Below are positions 10,376 through 21,036 of a DNA stretch of 64,000 nucleotides, one piece after another. The position numbers and the translations under genes are program-made. Under the pieces are notes generated by a model that was not told the DNA's origin, made no database searches, and worked only from the letters and a program-made list of their open reading frames with translations. This DNA is from Escherichia virus KFS-EC3. The stretch lies in the sequence record MZ065353.1. One strand, 5' to 3'. Each line of letters starts with the position of its first letter. The first letter of the stretch is position 1.

Positions 10376-11491
10376 TTATACTTCTCTAAATTCTTGTCCA
10401 AACACTTTACCAGTTTTAGACGATGCTTGCGTAGGAAGTACCATTATATCCGGAGGTGAAGCAGATTCACAGATATAATTAACACGAATACCATTGACGC
10501 CAAATTCAGCAGGTTTCGAAATACCTCCATTTCTTGACACTTCAGAAAAGCTTAAACTTCTCATGCCACCTTGACCAGCTTGTGCTGTTCTTTGCGCATA
10601 TATCGTAAATCCGACAGCGTTTTCTGGAACAACTACATAATCTTCCTTTAATTCCCAAGACCCAGCTTGCCCGGTAAACTCAGCTTGTGTCGAGGAAATA
10701 TATCCATTCGATGCATTATAAAAACGGATAGATATATTTGTAGTTCCAAGCGCAAGTAAATCGGCATCAGCATATAACTGTGCTTTAAGATAAAGAACAT
10801 CACCAGGGATTAAATTATAGTCAGATAATTTACTTATCGCAGCTGAAGTTGGTAGACGTGCAATTTCGTTATTAGTTCCACCAACCGCTGACATAAATTG
10901 CTCAACGCTTTCATACGTTCTTCTTGGAAACCCGGTAGCTCCAACGTCTTCTAAACTGTCAAATACAACATCTAAAATAGTTTGATAGTCATCTGTGCTT
11001 TTTCTATTACTTAGTTTAACATGCTCTAATGCAATAGCTCTTTTAGAAGAAGTGTAAAAAGCAGCGTATGATACGTCAAATCTTGACAATATAGAATCAG
11101 ACGGAAAAGCAGACGTTCCTGCGGCTCTTAGCCAAGATACTACTTCAGGAGGAAAATTAACCTTTCCGCTAGTTAATATAGCAACAAGTCTGTTATTCGT
11201 CAAAGAATTCATGAAACTAACAAAAGCAGCCGATGTAGTATCATTTGAAGCCGAAAAAGCATATGACTTACTATCAACTAATGCTCCGGTGGAAGGGTCA
11301 AAAACTCTTAAATGAAGTCCTGTGTTAAATGTTTGACTTCCAACAGGATTATCCTGAAATTTAACGTATGGTCCTGCCGTAGAAAGCGGGCAAGAACCCG
11401 CTATACTTATTTTATATCTTACTGAATTACTTTCCGATAAAAATGGCGTTTGGACATATCCTTGTCCAAACTCTGCCATAAATTTTTCCAT
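10376..11491 (-). CDS. 35: gp35 long tail fibre hinge
   Basis: 371 aa, synteny and length. Confidence 0.9.
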   Translation of the reverse strand: MEKFMAEFGQGYVQTPFLSESNSVRYKISIAGSCPLSTAGPYVKFQDNPVGSQTFNTGLHLRVFDPSTGALVDSKSYAFSASNDTTSAAFVSFMNSLTNNRLVAILTSGKVNFPPEVVSWLRAAGTSAFPSDSILSRFDVSYAAFYTSSKRAIALEHVKLSNRKSTDDYQTILDVVFDSLEDVGATGFPRRTYESVEQFMSAVGGTNNEIARLPTSAAISKLSDYNLIPGDVLYLKAQLYADADLLALGTTNISIRFYNASNGYISSTQAEFTGQAGSWELKEDYVVVPENAVGFTIYAQRTAQAGQGGMRSLSFSEVSRNGGISKPAEFGVNGIRVNYICESASPPDIMVLPTQASSKTGKVFGQEFREV

Positions 11492-11499
11492 AATACCTC

Positions 11500-14400
11500 T
11501 TATTCAACCCATTCAAATTTAACCGTTTTATTCACTGGGTCAGGAATAATGCGAACATTACCAATTCGTAAGAAATCACGAATAGTAAGATTCCCCATTG
11601 TAGCATTATCAGATGGTAAAGCACCAATATCAGATGGTTGTGGAGGGTTACCTCCATCAAATACCTGAACAAAACTTGACCAAGAGTTTTTGGTTTTCTG
11701 CCATGTACGCGTCCAACGAGTGGTGCGTGCTTCTGGAGTCGTTGGATAAGTAATCCAATCTTGGTAAAGCGAATCAAGTGTGTTACCAAACTGAGTCAAT
11801 GTACCAGGAGATTTAACTTCTTCGCCACGTTCTAAGTACGGAAGCCCAGTCACTTCATTAGTTTTTTCAACCATTTTAAAATAACCTGGAAACTGGTTAT
11901 AAGTAGCTGAATCATTAATATCGATTGACCAGAATCCTACAGTATCAGATGTTGGCGCACGGGTATATAAGTCAGATGTTTTAGTGCCCTGAGAACGAAT
12001 TCTCGAGTTAACAGTTAAACCACCTGAATTTATAGTAGCACCTTTGGCAATGATTAAGCTTTCACCAATCGTTACTTGACCAGATACATTATTAATAGCT
12101 AAAGGACGTAATCCATTAAATCCGCCAGTCTGATCACCCGATGCAGTAAGCATAAAATAGGTGTTAGCAGCATCATTGCGAATAAAGAATCCATAGTCGC
12201 CATTTATTGCTCTAAAAGCATTTGCAGACTTGCTGATGAATTCACCCTGCGCGGTCACCGAACGACCGAATGTTGCAACGCCATTCACATTCATTAACCC
12301 GGAAGCATTAATATTTATCGGCATTACAGTACCATTAATGCTAAACGCTATATTACCATCTTTATTGCGTTGAGAATAAAAGTGATTAGACGTTTCATCA
12401 CCAACTTCAAATACAGTAGAACGTGTTGTATCTGAACCGCCACCAAACTGATTTCCCCAAACTCTGATAGTCATCGTCTGCACTGGGTTAGTTCCAGTTT
12501 GAGGTCCTTTCTCAAAAATCAGACGAGTTGCCGTTCCAGTATTAGAAATAGTTAATGTGCTGTTTGCCGAAACTGATCCGCCAAACGTAGCAGTACTAGA
12601 TGATACAAGAGGGGCACTCAGATTCGTTTGTTGGGTTAAGGTTAGTGAACCATTAACCGTCTGTGCAATATCCCTACGAATGAATTGAGATGAATCTAGA
12701 CCATCTAATAAATTTGTATCAGCAGCTTTTGCTTTTAACGGCAAATAATTTGCTAATACACGGTTTAATTCATATGGCGATACTGCATAGCTATTTTTCT
12801 CGTATAGCTCTAAGTCCTGCGTAGAACCAGCTGTATCATTACCAACGAATGTAATTGAACCAGATGAAGTTTTAACAAAGCCTCTTATCGCAGTAGTAGC
12901 TGCCCAAGTAGGTTCACTCTGTACAATCCATTTTAAATTTTTTGGAGATACAGCAGTATTTGCTGACGTTCCAGTTACAGTTTCAGACTGAGTTGCAACT
13001 TTAATAACACCTTCCTGCGATTCGGTAGATTTAGTACCTAAAAGCTTTTTAGGAGTTATTAAAACATTATCCAATGTTCCTGCAGCAGCTTCAACCTGTG
13101 TAGCTACACGAAGTGTACCACGTTGTGTCTCATTTGCTTCAAGAATATTAAGGGTATAATGGTCCCAGAGAGTTCCTGATTCAACTAATCCAGATAGAGC
13201 AACAACAGAAGTACGATCAGTACTATTAAATCTAGTTTTAATTTTTAATGGTGTAGAGATACGAGTATCGTCGACGCCTGCGTCGAATTCAACTTGTGTA
13301 GCAATTTCAGCTATACCACTTAAACTTTCAGTTGCTTTACGGTCATTTAAAGTTTTAGGAGTGACTGCACGAGTATAATCAGTTCCTGTATTAACTTCAC
13401 TTTGTGTAGCAATTTCAATTAAACCAATTCTTCCATCAGTTGATGTCTTTTTATGTAACGTTTCTGGCGTTACAACCGCATTTGCCCATCCTTCTTGACT
13501 CTGCCCAGCAATTACTTCACTTTCAACTGCTAAAATTACTGCACCTTGTTGTGTTGGAGTAGCTTTATACTGATCCAGAGCTTTAGGCGAAACAACTAAA
13601 TTATTAGTGTTTTTATTATAAACGTTTGTACCATTTAATTCACGACTAGAAGCTGGAGTAGCTCCTGCGGTAGATACAAAGGTTACAATACCTGATAATG
13701 ATTCAGAACCCTGACGAGCTTGAAGCTTTTTAGGAGTGATGATTGTAGTATCATCAGTACCTGCATTAGTTTCCTGTTGCGTAGCAATTTCGGCAACACC
13801 TCTACGAGTTTCTGTAGCAGTTCTTTCATTCAGCTTTTTAGGAGTGATGATAATATCATCAGCAAAAGAGAATGTAGTATCCTGGTTTACTTGAGCAGTA
13901 GTTGCTATTCTTGCGATACCTCTGCGGGTTTCTGTAGCAGTACGATTAGCTAATGTTTCTGGAGTAATTGCTAATTCTTTTTGAGGTGAATTTTCTAAAT
14001 CAGCATTTGCTTGAGCCTGTGTAGCTAAAGCAATTACACCTAATCTTGCTCTAGTAGAATCATTTAAAGAATCTACTCTTTCAACTGTTGGAACGTTTTG
14101 CTGTACAACCCAGTATTTTCCATCAGAATCTTCTATATAAGCAAGTTGTAAAACTGGAACATAATTAGTTTCACCGTTAAAAACTAATTCTTGGACAGTT
14201 ACCCATTTAGTTTCAGGCGGATATTCTGAACGTTTTGGGAATTGCAATAATTGAACTGAAGAAGCAATTTTATCTTCTGGAGCAGCTTTAATTTTAACTG
14301 TTTGTCCTTTTCTCATGTAATTCATGGAAATTTTAACAGTATCACCAACAGAAATATTAGTTGGAAGCTGAAGCTCAATCGTTTGAGTTGTTCCATTATT

Positions 14401-15369
14401 CGCACCAAATACCATAACTTCTTCGTTTGGACGAATGTTTGAATTAGTCGTTATGATGCGTAAACGTGCTTTACTGTCCCCGTCAAACAATCTCCATAAT
14501 TTCTCATTATCATCAAACATCAAGAAACCGTCAATCGATGTACGGCCTTCAATGGAATGAGTTCCATCTTCTTGTACTGATGTCGTTTCATCATATGTCG
14601 TAACAATTGTATGATAAAGAGGGTTTAATTTATCCAAATCGACGAAATTAATAATATCGCCGTGATTAGCAAATCTCGGAAGTTTAATATTTATCGGTGC
14701 AGCAGAAGTAAATCTACGTACGATAAAGTCGTTGGATTGCGCTTGATAAGTATTCGCTGGTGTTACAACTACAGCTTCTCTACTATAATCAGCAATATAC
14801 ATTTGCCACAGACGATTACTAAAAATTAAAACTATCTGTGATTTTGGATGAGTCATTAGTACTGATCGTACTTGCTGACCTCTAAAATTTACAATGCTTT
14901 GTACTGGAGCTACAATTAAAACTTGATTAACGCCAGGTTTTCCTCCAATATCTTGGAGAACGATAGTATCACCGTCAATTGGTGAAGACGGTAAAGTAAA
15001 TGTAATATCATTACCAGCTGCAGTATTAACAGAAATTGCTTCACCGGATTTTAACTGATAAGAACCAGATGAAACTGTAGTCCAGTTAGCATCAGTACGT
15101 AATGCTCTCCAACGTGCGCTATTAAAAGCTCCTGCTGGTTTTGAAATATCATTTATAGCAGCCCAAAAGCGGTTATCATAAATGATTACAAAATCTTTTA
15201 AATATCCACGAGTTGGATCATATTGTTGAACTGTATTTTCTTGAATTAAGTAATCAACGTTAACACCGTCAGTTCCTACGGTACGATTAGCTAAAGCTAC
15301 GTTGATTATTTTATCGCCACCTGCGTCCAGACCATCTTCTGCTCTGAACTTTCTTTTAATCTCGGCCAT
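11500..15369 (-). CDS. 34: gp34 long tail fibre proximal subunit
   Basis: 1289 aa (same as T4 gp34), repetitive fibrous sequence. Confidence 0.93.
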   Translation of the reverse strand: MAEIKRKFRAEDGLDAGGDKIINVALANRTVGTDGVNVDYLIQENTVQQYDPTRGYLKDFVIIYDNRFWAAINDISKPAGAFNSARWRALRTDANWTTVSSGSYQLKSGEAISVNTAAGNDITFTLPSSPIDGDTIVLQDIGGKPGVNQVLIVAPVQSIVNFRGQQVRSVLMTHPKSQIVLIFSNRLWQMYIADYSREAVVVTPANTYQAQSNDFIVRRFTSAAPINIKLPRFANHGDIINFVDLDKLNPLYHTIVTTYDETTSVQEDGTHSIEGRTSIDGFLMFDDNEKLWRLFDGDSKARLRIITTNSNIRPNEEVMVFGANNGTTQTIELQLPTNISVGDTVKISMNYMRKGQTVKIKAAPEDKIASSVQLLQFPKRSEYPPETKWVTVQELVFNGETNYVPVLQLAYIEDSDGKYWVVQQNVPTVERVDSLNDSTRARLGVIALATQAQANADLENSPQKELAITPETLANRTATETRRGIARIATTAQVNQDTTFSFADDIIITPKKLNERTATETRRGVAEIATQQETNAGTDDTTIITPKKLQARQGSESLSGIVTFVSTAGATPASSRELNGTNVYNKNTNNLVVSPKALDQYKATPTQQGAVILAVESEVIAGQSQEGWANAVVTPETLHKKTSTDGRIGLIEIATQSEVNTGTDYTRAVTPKTLNDRKATESLSGIAEIATQVEFDAGVDDTRISTPLKIKTRFNSTDRTSVVALSGLVESGTLWDHYTLNILEANETQRGTLRVATQVEAAAGTLDNVLITPKKLLGTKSTESQEGVIKVATQSETVTGTSANTAVSPKNLKWIVQSEPTWAATTAIRGFVKTSSGSITFVGNDTAGSTQDLELYEKNSYAVSPYELNRVLANYLPLKAKAADTNLLDGLDSSQFIRRDIAQTVNGSLTLTQQTNLSAPLVSSSTATFGGSVSANSTLTISNTGTATRLIFEKGPQTGTNPVQTMTIRVWGNQFGGGSDTTRSTVFEVGDETSNHFYSQRNKDGNIAFSINGTVMPININASGLMNVNGVATFGRSVTAQGEFISKSANAFRAINGDYGFFIRNDAANTYFMLTASGDQTGGFNGLRPLAINNVSGQVTIGESLIIAKGATINSGGLTVNSRIRSQGTKTSDLYTRAPTSDTVGFWSIDINDSATYNQFPGYFKMVEKTNEVTGLPYLERGEEVKSPGTLTQFGNTLDSLYQDWITYPTTPEARTTRWTRTWQKTKNSWSSFVQVFDGGNPPQPSDIGALPSDNATMGNLTIRDFLRIGNVRIIPDPVNKTVKFEWVE

Positions 15370-15403
15370 TCTCCCGGGCTCCTATTGTGTTTTCAATAAT
15401 AAG

Positions 15404-15411
15404 TATTTATA
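15404..15411 (-). promoter_or_regulatory. late promoter TATAAATA upstream of gene 34
   Basis: Exact TATAAATA on minus strand 35 nt before gene 34 start. Confidence 0.7.
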
Positions 15412-15414
15412 CTT

Positions 15415-15444
15415 GTTTACTTTAAGATTCGGATGGTATATAAT
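15415..15444 (+). promoter_or_regulatory. early promoter for rnh (GTTTAC -35, TATAAT -10), divergent from P34
   Basis: GTTTAC, 18-nt spacer, TATAAT; about 30 nt upstream of rnh ATG. Confidence 0.6.
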
Positions 15445-15473
15445 AGAAATCTCACTAATTGAACGAGGTTCAT

Positions 15474-16391
15474 ATGGATTTAGAAATGATGCTGGATGAA
15501 GATTACAAAGAAGGAATCTGCTTAATTGACTTTAGTCAAATTGCACTTTCAACTGCTTTAGTAAACTTTCCAGATAAAGAAAAAATTAATTTATCAATGG
15601 TTCGTCATTTGATATTGAACTCAATTAAGTTTAATGTCAAAAAAGCAAAAGCTCTTGGATACACTAAAATTGTACTGTGTATTGATAACGCGAAATCTGG
15701 ATACTGGCGTCGTGATTTCGCTTATTATTATAAGAAAAACCGTGGAAAAGCACGAGAAGAATCTACTTGGGACTGGGAAGGTTATTTTGAATCCAGTCAT
15801 AAAGTTATAGATGAATTGAAAGCTTATATGCCATACATCGTTATGGATATTGATAAGTATGAAGCAGATGACCATATTGCTGTTCTTGTTAAAAAGTTCT
15901 CTTTAGAAGGACATAAGATTTTAATCATTTCATCGGATGGTGACTTTACTCAACTTCATAAATATCCAAATGTTAAGCAATGGTCACCGATGCACAAGAA
16001 ATGGGTTAAAATTAAAAGCGGTTCTGCTGAAATTGACTGTATGACTAAAATCCTTAAAGGTGACAAAAAGGATAACGTTGCTTCAGTTAAAGTACGATCT
16101 GACTTTTGGTTTACCAGAGTTGAAGGTGAACGAACTCCTTCAATGAAAACCTCTATTGTTGAAGCTATTGCTAATGACCGCGAGCAAGCTAAGGTGCTTC
16201 TCACTGAATCTGAATATAATCGTTATAAAGAAAATTTAGTTCTAATTGATTTTGATTATATTCCTGATAATATTGCTTCAAACATTGTGAATTACTATAA
16301 TTCATATAAATTACCACCGCGTGGCAAAATTTATTCATATTTTGTAAAAGCGGGTCTTTCTAAATTAACTAATAGCATTAATGAATTTTGA
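15474..16391 (+). CDS. rnh: RNase H (5'-3' exonuclease / flap endonuclease)
   Basis: Matches recalled T4 RNase H from MDLEMMLDEDYKEG; ORF-track start 15459 is a TTG extension. Confidence 0.95.
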   Translation: MDLEMMLDEDYKEGICLIDFSQIALSTALVNFPDKEKINLSMVRHLILNSIKFNVKKAKALGYTKIVLCIDNAKSGYWRRDFAYYYKKNRGKAREESTWDWEGYFESSHKVIDELKAYMPYIVMDIDKYEADDHIAVLVKKFSLEGHKILIISSDGDFTQLHKYPNVKQWSPMHKKWVKIKSGSAEIDCMTKILKGDKKDNVASVKVRSDFWFTRVEGERTPSMKTSIVEAIANDREQAKVLLTESEYNRYKENLVLIDFDYIPDNIASNIVNYYNSYKLPPRGKIYSYFVKAGLSKLTNSINEF

Positions 16392-16399
16392 GGTGAATA

Positions 16400-16669
16400 A
16401 TGGCTAAAAAAGAAATGGTTGAATTTGATGAAGCTATCCATGGCGAAGACTTGGCTAAATTTATTAAAGAAGCATCTGATCATAAACTGAAAATTTCTGG
16501 TTATAATGAATTGATTAAAGATATTCGAATTCGTGCCAAAGATGAACTTGGCGTTGATGGTAAGATGTTTAATCGTCTGTTAGCTTTGTATCATAAAGAT
16601 AACCGTGATGTGTTTGAAGCTGAAACTGAAGAGGTAGTTGAACTTTATGACACAGTTTTCTCTAAATGA
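16400..16669 (+). CDS. dsbA: DsbA dsDNA-binding late transcription enhancer
   Basis: 89 aa, T4 DsbA length and position. Confidence 0.9.
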   Translation: MAKKEMVEFDEAIHGEDLAKFIKEASDHKLKISGYNELIKDIRIRAKDELGVDGKMFNRLLALYHKDNRDVFEAETEEVVELYDTVFSK

Positions 16670-16985
16670 TATTCGTCCGGTCGATGAGACCGGTCTTTCA
16701 GAAAAAGAACTTTCAATTAAGAAAGAAAAGGATGAAATTGCAAAGCTTCTTGACCGCCAAGAAAATGGATTTATTATTGAAAAAATGGTAGAAGAGTTTG
16801 GAATGAGTTATCTTGAAGCAACTACTGCGTTTTTGGAAGAAAATTCAATTCCTGAAACTCAATTTGCTAAATTTATTCCTTCAGGTATAATTGAAAAAAT
16901 TCAGTCAGAAGCTATCGACGAAAATCTTTTACGTCCTTCTGTTGTTCGTTGTGAAAAAACTAATACATTAGATTTTCTACTATGA
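16647..16985 (+). CDS. 33: gp33 late transcription co-activator
   Basis: 112 aa from MTQFSLNDIRP; ORF-track start 16638 is a TTG extension. Confidence 0.92.
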   Translation: MTQFSLNDIRPVDETGLSEKELSIKKEKDEIAKLLDRQENGFIIEKMVEEFGMSYLEATTAFLEENSIPETQFAKFIPSGIIEKIQSEAIDENLLRPSVVRCEKTNTLDFLL

Positions 16986-17635
16986 TTAAACTCCGCATGC
17001 CTGCTGGTGGTGAAAGATACATTGATGGTAAATCAGTTTATAAATTATACTTAATGATAAAACAGCATATGAATGGAAAGTATGATGTAATTAAGTATAA
17101 TTGGTGCATGCGGGTGTCTGATGCCGCTTATCAAAAGCGAAGGGATAAGTATTTTTTCCAGAAGTTATCAGAAAAATATAAATTAAAGGAACTTGCTTTA
17201 ATCTTTATAAGCAATCTGGTTGCTAACCAAGATGCTTGGATTGGTGACATCTCTGACGCTGATGCACTTGTGTTTTATCGTGAATATATCGGACGCTTAA
17301 AGCAAATTAAATTTAAGTTTGAAGAAGATATTCGCAACATTTATTATTTTAGTAAAAAAGTTGAAGTTTCTGCTTTTAAAGAAATCTTTGAGTATAATCC
17401 AAAAGTCCAATCAAGTTATATTTTTAAACTTCTTCAGTCGAATATAATTTCTTTTGAAACATTCATTTTGCTTGATTCGTTTTTAAATATAATTGATAAA
17501 CATGATGAACAAACCGATAATTTGGTTTGGAATAATTATTCTATAAAGTTAAAGGCTTATAGAAAAATTTTAAATATTGATTCACAGAAAGCTAAAAGTG
17601 TTTTTATTGAAACTGTGAAATCTTGTAAGTATTAA
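16982..17635 (+). CDS. 59: gp59 helicase loader
   Basis: 217 aa, matches T4 gp59. Confidence 0.95.
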   Translation: MIKLRMPAGGERYIDGKSVYKLYLMIKQHMNGKYDVIKYNWCMRVSDAAYQKRRDKYFFQKLSEKYKLKELALIFISNLVANQDAWIGDISDADALVFYREYIGRLKQIKFKFEEDIRNIYYFSKKVEVSAFKEIFEYNPKVQSSYIFKLLQSNIISFETFILLDSFLNIIDKHDEQTDNLVWNNYSIKLKAYRKILNIDSQKAKSVFIETVKSCKY

Positions 17636-17643
17636 TTGCTTAT

Positions 17644-17651
17644 TATAAATA
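17644..17651 (+). promoter_or_regulatory. late promoter TATAAATA upstream of gene 32
   Basis: Exact TATAAATA in 59-32 intergenic region. Confidence 0.6.
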
Positions 17652-17668
17652 AATTATAATTATCTCAT

Positions 17669-17735
17669 TGACCAGCTATGAGGTCATACATCGTCATAGC
17701 ACCAACTGTTAAATTAAATTAAAAAGGAAATAAAA
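17669..17735 (+). promoter_or_regulatory. gene 32 translational operator: RNA pseudoknot plus unstructured A/U-rich leader
   Basis: UGACCAGCUAUGAGGUCAUACAUCGUCAUAGC matches the known T4 gene 32 autoregulatory pseudoknot; A/U-rich tract runs to the ATG. Confidence 0.8.
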
Positions 17736-18644
17736 ATGTTTAAACGTAAATCTACTGCTGAACTCGCTGCGCAAATGGCTAAACTGGCTGGAAATAAAGG
17801 TGGTTTTTCTTCTGAAGATAAAGGCGAGTGGAAACTGAAACTCGATAATGCGGGTAACGGTCAAGCAGTAATTCGTTTTCTTCCGTCTAAAAATGATGAA
17901 CAAGCACCATTCGCAATTCTTGTAAATCACGGTTTCAAGAAAAATGGTAAATGGTATATTGAAAATTGTTCATCTACCCACGGTGATTACGATTCTTGCC
18001 CAGTATGTCAGTACATCAGTAAAAATGATCTGTACAATACCGATAATAAAGAATACGGTCTTGTTAAACGTAAAACTTCTTACTGGGCTAATATTCTTGT
18101 TGTAAAAGACCCGGCTGCTCCAGAAAATGAAGGTAAAGTATTTAAATATCGTTTCGGTAAAAAAATCTGGGATAAAATCAATGCAATGATTGCAGTTGAT
18201 GTTGAAATGGGTGAAACTCCGGTTGATGTAACTTGTCCGTGGGAAGGTGCTAACTTTGTATTGAAAGTTAAACAAGTTTCTGGTTTTAGTAACTACGACG
18301 AATCTAAATTCTTGAATCAATCTGCGATTCCAAACATTGATGATGAATCTTTCCAGAAAGAACTGTTCGAACAAATGGTTGATCTTTCTGAAATGACTTC
18401 TAAAGATAAATTCAAATCGTTTGAAGAACTGAATACTAAATTCAGTCAAGTTATGGGAACTGCTGTTATGGGTGGTGCCGCGGCAACTGCCGCTAAGAAA
18501 GCTGATAAAGTTGCTGATGATTTGGATGCATTCAATGTTGATGACTTCAATACAAAAACTGAAGATGATTTTATGAGCTCAAGCTCTGGCAGTTCATCTA
18601 GTGCTGATGACACGGACCTGGATGACCTTTTGAATGACCTTTAA
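17736..18644 (+). CDS. 32: gp32 single-stranded DNA-binding protein
   Basis: 302 aa, matches T4 gp32 including acidic Ser/Asp-rich C-terminus. Confidence 0.97.
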   Translation: MFKRKSTAELAAQMAKLAGNKGGFSSEDKGEWKLKLDNAGNGQAVIRFLPSKNDEQAPFAILVNHGFKKNGKWYIENCSSTHGDYDSCPVCQYISKNDLYNTDNKEYGLVKRKTSYWANILVVKDPAAPENEGKVFKYRFGKKIWDKINAMIAVDVEMGETPVDVTCPWEGANFVLKVKQVSGFSNYDESKFLNQSAIPNIDDESFQKELFEQMVDLSEMTSKDKFKSFEELNTKFSQVMGTAVMGGAAATAAKKADKVADDLDAFNVDDFNTKTEDDFMSSSSGSSSSADDTDLDDLLNDL

Positions 18645-18666
18645 TAAATTATATTACTAATTAATT

Positions 18667-18691
18667 GGGGACCCTAGAGGTCCCCTTTTTT
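18667..18691 (+). terminator. intrinsic terminator after gene 32
   Basis: GGGGACC-loop-GGUCCCC followed by TTTTTT; compensatory stem changes relative to the hairpin at 1392. Confidence 0.75.
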
Positions 18692-18715
18692 ATTTCAAAA
18701 TTTTTTCACAAAACG

Positions 18716-18745
18716 GTTTACAAGCATAAAGCTTTATGGTACTAT
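18716..18745 (+). promoter_or_regulatory. early promoter (GTTTAC ... TACTAT), cassette paralogous to 1441-1470
   Basis: Near-identical flanking sequence to the motA promoter cassette. Confidence 0.55.
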
Positions 18746-18788
18746 ACAACTATCGGCAATACTGCTGATGATTAAAGAGGAAAATAAT

Positions 18789-19016
18789 ATGGCTAAAGTT
18801 GATATTGACATCGTTGATTTTGAATATATTGAAGAAATTATTCGTAATCGTTATCCTGAACTTAGTATCACAAGCGTGCAAGATTCTAAGTTTTGGAGTA
18901 TTCAAATCGTTATTGAAGGTCCTCTTGAAGACCTCACCCGCTTTATGGCTAATGAGTATTGTGACGGCATGGATTCTGAAGACGCAGAATTTTACATGGG
19001 ATTGATTGAACAATAA
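18789..19016 (+). CDS. hypothetical acidic protein (frd.3 position)
   Basis: ORF with AAGAGG RBS 8 nt upstream of ATG 18789; track start 18768 also possible. Confidence 0.6.
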   Translation: MAKVDIDIVDFEYIEEIIRNRYPELSITSVQDSKFWSIQIVIEGPLEDLTRFMANEYCDGMDSEDAEFYMGLIEQ

Positions 19017-19060
19017 TTATCAAGGGGCTATTACAGCCCCGTTAAAATGAGGAAAACGTA

Positions 19061-19426
19061 ATGTATAATGGCAAAAAGTATGAGCTTGTTCCAAGACTTA
19101 TTGATACATTTATTAGTTATCGCCCACGTTCTAATTCATCAATAGTTAAAATTATTCAAGAAAATGGCGGATGGTTTGAAGTTAAAGAATCTTTCTTTGC
19201 TGACGGATTTAAAGTAATAAAACACATTGAATGCGCAAATGGAAAGCATTTTTACTTTAACGTCTGCGAAGATGAATTTCATTGTTTTCGTGAGTATAAA
19301 GAACCGACTTCCGAAGAAGATGAAGTCGAAGACAAGGTTTCTGGCGTAACAAAAATTCACTGCATTGTAGACGAAAATAACGTCGACGAAATCATTGAAC
19401 TTTTGCGAAAAACTTTCAAAAAGTAG
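19061..19426 (+). CDS. hypothetical protein (frd.2 position)
   Basis: 121-aa ORF with RBS. Confidence 0.6.
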   Translation: MYNGKKYELVPRLIDTFISYRPRSNSSIVKIIQENGGWFEVKESFFADGFKVIKHIECANGKHFYFNVCEDEFHCFREYKEPTSEEDEVEDKVSGVTKIHCIVDENNVDEIIELLRKTFKK

Positions 19427-19485
19427 TTTACAGTAGGGTAGTAGTGTGATACTATTACCCTATCAAAACTAATGGAGAAAAGAAA

Positions 19486-19554
19486 ATGTTCGCACCTTAT
19501 ATTATGGCAGCAGTTATGTTAGTTTGCTTATACCTTTTGATTAAAGCTTGCTAA
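19486..19554 (+). CDS. 22-aa hydrophobic micro-ORF (MFAPYIMAAVMLVCLYLLIKAC)
   Basis: GGAG RBS about 9 nt upstream; single TM-like helix; below ORF-track threshold. Confidence 0.35.
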   Translation: MFAPYIMAAVMLVCLYLLIKAC

Positions 19555-19564
19555 GGAGAATAAA

Positions 19565-19807
19565 ATGAGATTACAACGCCAGAGCATCAAAGATTCAGAA
19601 GTTAAAGGTAAATGGTATTTTAATATCATCGGTAAAGATTCTGAACTTGTTGAAAAAGCTGAACATCTTTTACGTGACATGGGGTGGGAAGATGAATGTG
19701 ATGGATGCCCTCTTTATGAGGATGGAGAAAGCGCAGGATTCTGGATTTACCATTCTGACGTTGAACAGTTTAAAGCTGATTGGAAAATTGTGAAAAAGTC
19801 TGTCTGA
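19565..19807 (+). CDS. hypothetical protein (frd.1 position)
   Basis: 80-aa ORF with AAGGAG RBS. Confidence 0.6.
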   Translation: MRLQRQSIKDSEVKGKWYFNIIGKDSELVEKAEHLLRDMGWEDECDGCPLYEDGESAGFWIYHSDVEQFKADWKIVKKSV

Positions 19808-19816
19808 GGAAATATA

Positions 19817-20625
<809 letters not shown>

Positions 20626-20644
20626 AATAACACTGGCTGAAAAT

Positions 20645-20992
20645 ATGAATTTTAATTATTACCCTATTCTATTAGAAAAAGACGCGAAACAACCAAAATG
20701 GCAGGGTCCTCAGTTTATTAAAGGCGTCTATCAATTAGTAGTTCCTAAAGACAAAATTTATAGCAGTTGTTTCACTGAATCCGCTTGTAGTATTTTTGGT
20801 AATAGTTCTCCGTATTGGAATTTTGATATAAAACTTGACAGAAATATCGATATTTGGTTGAAAGCTATGGATATCGGCAATATCACGTTTGATGAGAATA
20901 ATTATCATATTATTGGTCGCTTTTCCAAGCGTGGTAAAGAATTATATTTTACGCCTGAAATTGAAAGAAAATTTGATGCTAAACCGTATTAA
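20645..20992 (+). CDS. hypothetical protein inserted between frd and td
   Basis: 115-aa ORF; no recognisable domain; in T4 frd and td are reported to overlap. Confidence 0.55.
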   Translation: MNFNYYPILLEKDAKQPKWQGPQFIKGVYQLVVPKDKIYSSCFTESACSIFGNSSPYWNFDIKLDRNIDIWLKAMDIGNITFDENNYHIIGRFSKRGKELYFTPEIERKFDAKPY

Positions 20993-20995
20993 TTA

Positions 20996-21020
20996 TTAGC
21001 TTCATAAAATGTATTATAAT
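20996..21020 (+). promoter_or_regulatory. putative promoter upstream of td (TATAAT -10 with imperfect MotA-like box)
   Basis: AGCTTCA about 10 nt upstream of TATAAT; weak match to MotA box. Confidence 0.3.
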
Positions 21021-21036
21021 TTATATAAGGTACTAA

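Noticed and set aside
11450-15499. Short track ORFs at 11450-11668, 11532-11789, 13720-13953 and 15302-15499 around gene 34
   Set aside because: Overlap the gp34/gp35 coding sequence or the 34/rnh promoter region; no coding signal beyond an open frame.
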